A DNA stretch of 49,130 bases from a virus (lineage: Duplodnaviria; Caudoviricetes): the IMG/VR virus record IMGVR_UViG_3300047409_000236, positions 1-49,130 of that record; one strand, 5' to 3'. Both the position numbers and the translations under genes were made by a program. Below the pieces are notes generated by a model. It was not told where the DNA came from, searched no databases, and saw only the letters and a list, made by a program, of their open reading frames with translations. Each line of letters starts with the position of its first letter. Positions within the stretch are counted from its first letter, which is position 1. This document shows, in pieces, positions 44,311 to 49,130 of this stretch.

Positions 44311-46203
44311 TCAGAACGTCCCTGCGTCAATGACGTTGGACCAAGCCCCGTTGTTGCGGCCGTAGGTGACGCCGTCGGAAGGCGCGTCGGCGAGGCCGCC
44401 ATGGCTGTCGACGTACTGCTTGGTGGCGATCCCCAGCGGCGCCGTCGGATCGGCCCTGACGGTCAGCAATCCGGTCGTGCGGGTCGCCCTGAGCACGTCC
44501 CAGAGGTCGGCACCGGCATCGTCGTAGGCGTGCAGGGCAAAGTCGGAGCCGCCGTTGGAGCCGAACTCGCCGGTGCTGTCCCCCAGCGCCAGCCGCCAGC
44601 GGGAGACGCCGTTGCGCGAGCCCAGCACGTAGGAAAAATTATTGTTGTTGAAGATGCTCTTGTCGAGCACCACGGCGGCGTGGTTGGCGGTGGCCTGCAG
44701 GGTGAGCACCGAATACCCGGATCGGATGCCCAAGGGGCCGCTGAGTTCACCGCCGGTCAGCGGGAGCTTGCCCGCCAAGTCGGAGACGAGATTGACGATC
44801 TCGCTCTCGGGATGGGTGTGGGCCGAGGGCGGGAACGTGGATGGTTTCCCTGCTATGTCGTCCCAGTCGGCAGCCCCTGTCTCCGGCGTCGCCGGCTGGA
44901 ACCAAGTGATGAAATTATCGGCGCTGGCCTCGGGGAAGAAGGAGAAGTTGATCGAGGCGCCGGTCGCGGTGTAGGCGACGCCCGGCTCCTGAATGACGCC
45001 GTCCAGAGACACCACGAGTTCTTCGGACCGGCCGACGCTGACGATCGTCGAGGTGACTTTGGCCAGCAGGCTGAAAGACCTCGTGACGCCGTCGAAGACC
45101 AAGGGCTGCAAGGCCCACGCGGCAGGCGCGGTCGCCACGAGGGTGGAGACGGAAGCGATGATATCGATGGCGACGATCTTCCCCGCCGCCGGAGCCGCTT
45201 CCAGCGTGATCTTCGACGCGGCGTTGTCGACCACGTACTCGCCCGGCGCGGCCCCCCTGTCGATGACCTTCCTGACGCCGTCGACGTGGACGTCGACGCC
45301 GTCGGCAGGCGCCATGCGATAGGTCGAGCCGTAGATGTCGGGCGTCGTCGTCTGGAAAACCGTCTGGCCGGCAGTGGCCTGATACCACAGCGTCGCCGTC
45401 AGCGAACGCTGCGGGCTCCAGAACGGCTGCCACGACGAGCCGTCCCAGACGTAGGGCTGCTGGTCGTCGAGGTCGTAGTAGATCGAGCCGACCTCGATCG
45501 GGCCGCCTTCGAGGTTGGTGAGGGGCGGATCGCTCCAAGCCCCGAGATAGAGATCGGTCAAGCGCCCGAAGGCGTTGTCGGCACGGTTCGCCCACCAGCG
45601 GGATGACCAGTGATCGCCCGAAATGTCCTGCCAGACCAAGGAATTGCGCGGCAGCACGTCGGGCATGTGCTCGGCCCACAGCATGGAGGCCTGCGCCCAC
45701 GCCTGCGCGTCCCCCTCGTAGTCCTGTGGGCTGGGCAAGGCGTCCCTGACGGCCTTGGCGCCGGCGAGAAGGGCGTTTGCCTCGGCCAGAAGGGCTTCGG
45801 CACGGGCAATCGCGTCCCCTTTGGCGTCGTCGACGCGCGTAGCGGCCTGAGCTGCCCTGTCGGCAGCCGCTTCGATCACCACGAGCAGCTCTTCGGTCAG
45901 TATCTTGGCCGAAAGGGCGTCGCTGCGGGCGTTTTCGACCTGCGCAAGGCGGTCTTCGATGATCCTGAGGACATCGGTGGCGACTTTCTCGACGAAAAGC
46001 GGCTGGATGGCGTCGATGGTGACGATTTCCGGCTTCAGCGAGCCGTCGCTGCGCCGGATGTCCAGCAGTTTCTGCTCAAGGTCGCCCAAACCCCGGAAAA
46101 GCGCGTCGAAGGTCGCGTCGAGGTCGCCGCCGTCGGGCGGCTGCGAGGGGTGGTTGCGACCCCAGTCGGCGAAAGAGACCAGCCTGCGCAAGGTCTGGAG
46201 CAT
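44311..46203 (-). CDS. Tail fibre / adaptor fibre protein
   Basis: N-terminal coiled coil, ATAGQTVF, WDDIAGKPSTFPPSAHTH, IATKQYVD, DAPSDG. Confidence 0.8.
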   Translation of the reverse strand: MLQTLRRLVSFADWGRNHPSQPPDGGDLDATFDALFRGLGDLEQKLLDIRRSDGSLKPEIVTIDAIQPLFVEKVATDVLRIIEDRLAQVENARSDALSAKILTEELLVVIEAAADRAAQAATRVDDAKGDAIARAEALLAEANALLAGAKAVRDALPSPQDYEGDAQAWAQASMLWAEHMPDVLPRNSLVWQDISGDHWSSRWWANRADNAFGRLTDLYLGAWSDPPLTNLEGGPIEVGSIYYDLDDQQPYVWDGSSWQPFWSPQRSLTATLWYQATAGQTVFQTTTPDIYGSTYRMAPADGVDVHVDGVRKVIDRGAAPGEYVVDNAASKITLEAAPAAGKIVAIDIIASVSTLVATAPAAWALQPLVFDGVTRSFSLLAKVTSTIVSVGRSEELVVSLDGVIQEPGVAYTATGASINFSFFPEASADNFITWFQPATPETGAADWDDIAGKPSTFPPSAHTHPESEIVNLVSDLAGKLPLTGGELSGPLGIRSGYSVLTLQATANHAAVVLDKSIFNNNNFSYVLGSRNGVSRWRLALGDSTGEFGSNGGSDFALHAYDDAGADLWDVLRATRTTGLLTVRADPTAPLGIATKQYVDSHGGLADAPSDGVTYGRNNGAWSNVIDAGTF

Positions 46204-46259
46204 TCGGGAGTTGTGCTCCGTGGATTTGGCCGGAGGGTACTTTCGGCAGCCCCTGAAGT

Positions 46260-46538
46260 CTACGCCTCTTGGTCGGGCAGCTCGTCTTCCTTGGACCTGA
46301 GCCTGCCAAGCTCCTGCTCAAGCTCGGTCGAGGTCATCTCGACCAGCGGTTTCTCGCTTTGGCGCTGGGGGGACTGGAGGCGTCCGATGTCGCCGATGCT
46401 CTCCAAGAGGGTTCTCGCTGCGGCAGCCCTTGCGGCAGGAGGAGCGTTGGCGTCCTCGGAGACATCGATCAGCGCATTGGTGGCGATGACCCGGATGCGA
46501 TCCTTCGGTGGGGTTTCCTTGACGGGTTTCTTGGTCAT
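46260..46538 (-). CDS. Putative terminase small subunit
   Basis: 92 aa; ARAAAARTLLE..EMTSTELEQEL; first gene of the late arm. Confidence 0.5.
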   Translation of the reverse strand: MTKKPVKETPPKDRIRVIATNALIDVSEDANAPPAARAAAARTLLESIGDIGRLQSPQRQSEKPLVEMTSTELEQELGRLRSKEDELPDQEA

Positions 46539-46546
46539 TCGCGGCT

Positions 46547-46618
46547 AACCACTTAAAATCCCACAAATTTTAGAACTCAGGCAACCACTTAAAATCCCAC
46601 AAATTTTAGAACTCAGGC
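46547..46618 (+). repeat. Perfect 36-bp tandem duplication
   Basis: AACCACTTAAAATCCCACAAATTTTAGAACTCAGGC x2. Confidence 0.95.
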
Positions 46619-46703
46619 AACGCTCCCGTTCGCGCCGTCGCGCGGGGTCGGGCCGGGGGCCGGGTCGCGGAACCGGGGCACAACCGGTTGGAAACCCTAA
46701 TGA

Positions 46704-46716
46704 AATCAAAGACTTA
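46704..46716 (+). promoter_or_regulatory. IHF consensus site
   Basis: AATCAA-AGAC-TTA matches WATCAANNNNTTR exactly. Confidence 0.55.
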
Positions 46717-46827
46717 GCCTGTCTCCTGCCTCTTGGGGCAACAACGGGGCAACGAGACACAGAGACAGAGGCTTTGTGTCTCCTTTGCGACATAGGCTAA
46801 TGTCCATGTCTCCGCCACGTATTCCCG

Positions 46828-47286
46828 CTAACCCTTTGTTTTTGCTCGTGTTCTAGCCGTCAGTGCTACCCTTAGCGCATCCGGCGCCAGCGCCCGGTTA
46901 CGCCACGCTTCCACAAGCTTGCCGCGATCAATCGGAGACAGCGGAGGCACGGGAGACACGGGAGGCAACGGTTCGCTGGCGCCGATCTTGGCAAGGCCTT
47001 GGCGCACCGCGTGTCTCCCGGCAATAGCGCTAACCGAACCTTCCGGCGCTCGCGCCATCGCCGCTCTGTGGCCACCATGCAATCGGCAATGATCGCTCCC
47101 GCGCAAGGCCGCGTTGCCGCAACGCTCGCCCGTCGCCTTGGCCACGGCCACGCATTGCCGCCGTCCGCTTTCGGGCGTGAACGTTCCGAACGGCGTGCGC
47201 TTGGCCAGCATGGCGCTTGCGTCCGGCGCCTTTGGCCCATGGCCACGCGGCAGGAGCCAATTCGGCCGGTTTTTGTTCGCGCCCAT
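46828..47286 (-). CDS. HGGxSTG-like Cys/His (zinc-binding) protein
   Basis: QCVAVAKATGERCGNAALRGSDHCRLHGG. Confidence 0.7.
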   Translation of the reverse strand: MGANKNRPNWLLPRGHGPKAPDASAMLAKRTPFGTFTPESGRRQCVAVAKATGERCGNAALRGSDHCRLHGGHRAAMARAPEGSVSAIAGRHAVRQGLAKIGASEPLPPVSPVPPLSPIDRGKLVEAWRNRALAPDALRVALTARTRAKTKG

Positions 47287-47332
47287 GGCCGGACGGTTTA
47301 ACGCGCCAGCGCTCCGGCGCCAAGGCCGGGAC

Positions 47333-47365
47333 GCGGGAGACACGCGGGAGACACGCGGGAGACAC
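47333..47365 (+). repeat. (GCGGGAGACAC)x3 tandem array
   Basis: Read directly. Confidence 0.9.
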
Positions 47366-47699
47366 TACAGAAAAACCACGCATGAAGTATTCAAAGCAAC
47401 GTCAAACTAATACTTAAATCCTGTTTCGCGGCTTTCGCCCGGCGCTCGCCCGCGCGGGACAATACCCAAAGCTTTGCCCTAGTGTTTCCTGCCCCATACA
47501 ACCAAATCATTACTGTCTTTCAACCTGTAGCTTAACGCCTCACAGCGCCACGCGGAGGCACCCTAGGGCGCGTCGAAGGGGTGCCATGGTGGATTTCACC
47601 TCGGAACCCTAGTGCTTTTGTACGGTGCCTCTACGTGGCAGGAAATGGCATACACCAATAACGCGAGTGCTTCTGTTTTCCGCAACTAGTGATAAGCAC

Positions 47700-47844
47700 G
47701 CGCCCATGGTCGAGGCAGGCTCGCGCCCATGGTCGAGGCGGGCTCGCGCCCGGCAGGCTCGCGCCCATGGTCGAGGCCGGCTCGCGCCCGGCAGGCTCGC
47801 GCCCATGGTCGAGGCGGGCTCGCGCCCATGGTCGAGGCAGGCTC
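47700..47844 (+). repeat. Array of five 23-bp and two 15-bp related units
   Basis: GCGCCCATGGTCGAGGCVGGCTC x5 interleaved with GCGCCCGGCAGGCTC x2. Confidence 0.92.
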
Positions 47845-47954
47845 ATGCCCATATCGCCACGGGAAGGCATCCTAGACGCGCGCCAGCATGAAACCGCTAT
47901 GGGGATAGCGGCCTCCCCCTGTTCGCGCGCTGGCGAGGCTGCCAGACGCCTAGA

Positions 47955-47988
47955 AACGAAAAAGCCGGGCGATTGCTCGCCCGGCTTT
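47955..47988 (-). terminator. Rho-independent terminator of the AAA-vWA unit
   Basis: Minus strand AAAGCCGGGCGA-GCAA-TCGCCCGGCTTT-TTCGTTT; GNRA loop. Confidence 0.8.
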
Positions 47989-48015
47989 CGTCCGGATGGC
48001 CCGGCGCGCCCCGCC

Positions 48016-49130
48016 CTAGTCGCGGGAAAGCGCCAGAACCAAGGCGCCTAGCCCGGCTTCCGCCACGTTGGCGCTCGTACACGAGGCGACCATGTCGAAA
48101 CCTTTTTGGACGTCGGCCGGAACGTCGATCACGAGACCAACCGTCTCGATGTCCAAGCGCCGGGCATAGGCCGCAGCCTTGGCCACGCCGTCGCGCCCCA
48201 TGTCGCAATCGCCGTCCGAAACCACAAACATGAGTTTTCGCTTGCCCGGCGCCCGTGCGGCGAGGCGGGACGCGGCCTTGATCATCGAGCCCGTGAGCGG
48301 CGTTGTGTTGCCGTCAACGACGGCAAGCACGCCGAACGCGCCGGCATCGCCTATCGTCGCGCCCGGCGCCTTCACCTGCCGGATGCCGGATGAGCTGTCG
48401 AAAGCCAGCACTTCCGCCTTCACCCCGACTTGCTGCGCGGCTTGCGCTATGACCAAGGCAAGCACGGCGGCAGCACGCATCTTGTCGCCGGCCATGGAGC
48501 CCGACGCGTCGACAAGGACCGTGATTTCAGTCTCGTAACCGCCGGTCACGATGCGCTTGGAATAGACGCTGTCGACTTGGCCGGCGGCAATGCGGGACAG
48601 CGCGAACCGGTCAAGCCTCCCGGCGCTGCGGCCATGGTCCCAATGCTCTGCCTCTTCCGCGCGAAGCACCTTGGCGATCTGCGCGCGCAGCCTGCCGCAA
48701 GCGACCGCCCTCGCCTTGATCTGCAGCGCTATCGCCGCATAAACGTCATGCTTGCCGTCGCCTATCGTCTGCAACGGGCGGGAAGCGTTCCGGCGCGCGT
48801 CCCGTATGGCGTCCATGACCGTGACTTCCTTGTAGACGCCCATCCTGCCCTCTTTCCGGGCAAAGGCCTTGCTTTCCTTCGCAAGCTTGTCGGAGACCGG
48901 ATTGAGGTCGACATCGTCAAACGCGTCGACAGGCTGCGGCCTATCAGTCGGGACGACATCAGCCTCGCCGCCGCGCGGCGCCTTGGGACCATCGCCCGCC
49001 TCGCCCTCGCCTTCGCCGGTAGCCTCGCCGGCCGGCGCCTCGACGCCCTCGCCCTCGCCCTCGCCCTCGCCCTCGACGCCCTCGCCCTCGCCCTCGCCCT
49101 CGCCCTCGCCCTCGCCCTCGCTCTCGACGC
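48016..49130 (-). CDS. C-terminal part (vWA/MIDAS domain) of the CobT-like protein starting at 967
   Basis: GRLD, LVDASGSM (DxSxS), NTTP, VVSDG; no stop codon in this frame from 49130 to 48843. Confidence 0.88.
   Translation of the reverse strand, partial: VESEGEGEGEGEGEGEGVEGEGEGEGEGVEAPAGEATGEGEGEAGDGPKAPRGGEADVVPTDRPQPVDAFDDVDLNPVSDKLAKESKAFARKEGRMGVYKEVTVMDAIRDARRNASRPLQTIGDGKHDVYAAIALQIKARAVACGRLRAQIAKVLRAEEAEHWDHGRSAGRLDRFALSRIAAGQVDSVYSKRIVTGGYETEITVLVDASGSMAGDKMRAAAVLALVIAQAAQQVGVKAEVLAFDSSSGIRQVKAPGATIGDAGAFGVLAVVDGNTTPLTGSMIKAASRLAARAPGKRKLMFVVSDGDCDMGRDGVAKAAAYARRLDIETVGLVIDVPADVQKGFDMVASCTSANVAEAGLGALVLALSRD

Noticed and set aside
41505-46203. Diversity-generating retroelement or invertible tail-fibre switch
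   Set aside because: No reverse transcriptase, invertase or template/variable repeat pair was seen.
47700-47844. CRISPR mini-array
   Set aside because: The repeats abut directly with no unique spacers; the same holds for 46547-46618.
49041-49130. Physical direct terminal repeat
   Set aside because: The overlap lies in a coding microsatellite in mid-gene, which is typical of an assembler break on a circular contig.

Overview
This window looks like a complete, circularly closed genome of a tailed dsDNA phage, probably podovirus-like, GC-rich, with a likely alphaproteobacterial host. Positions 1-90 repeat 49041-49130 with one mismatch inside a GCCCTC microsatellite, giving about 49,040 bp of unique sequence. 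The layout has four parts. (1) A leftward replication arm at 3.1-10.1 kb: RepB/PriCT-2/DUF3987 primase-helicase, family A polymerase and Dam-like methylase. (2) A divergent promoter near 10.2 kb, then a rightward arm to 19.5 kb: Cro-like HTH, RuvC, SNF2 helicase, MT-A70 methylase, DUF2800 nuclease, DUF2815 SSB and XRE regulator. (3) A long leftward morphogenesis and lysis arm from 46.5 to 19.5 kb: terS, tail fibres, GH19 endolysin, terL, portal, scaffold, capsid, tail tubes, two GNATs and ejection proteins. (4) A repeat-rich block of about 5.5 kb across the contig junction, holding a MoxR/CobS-like AAA ATPase and a ~663-aa HEXXH-(PQ)n(EG)n-vWA protein that the ORF track splits. I found no integrase, RNA polymerase, tRNA or CRISPR array. 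The strongest unexplained signal is the heptamer GGAGACA/TGTCTCC. I counted about 85 copies by eye against about 6 expected, on both strands, inside genes, at ribosome-binding sites and in tandem arrays. All family calls come from motif recognition only; no database search was run.
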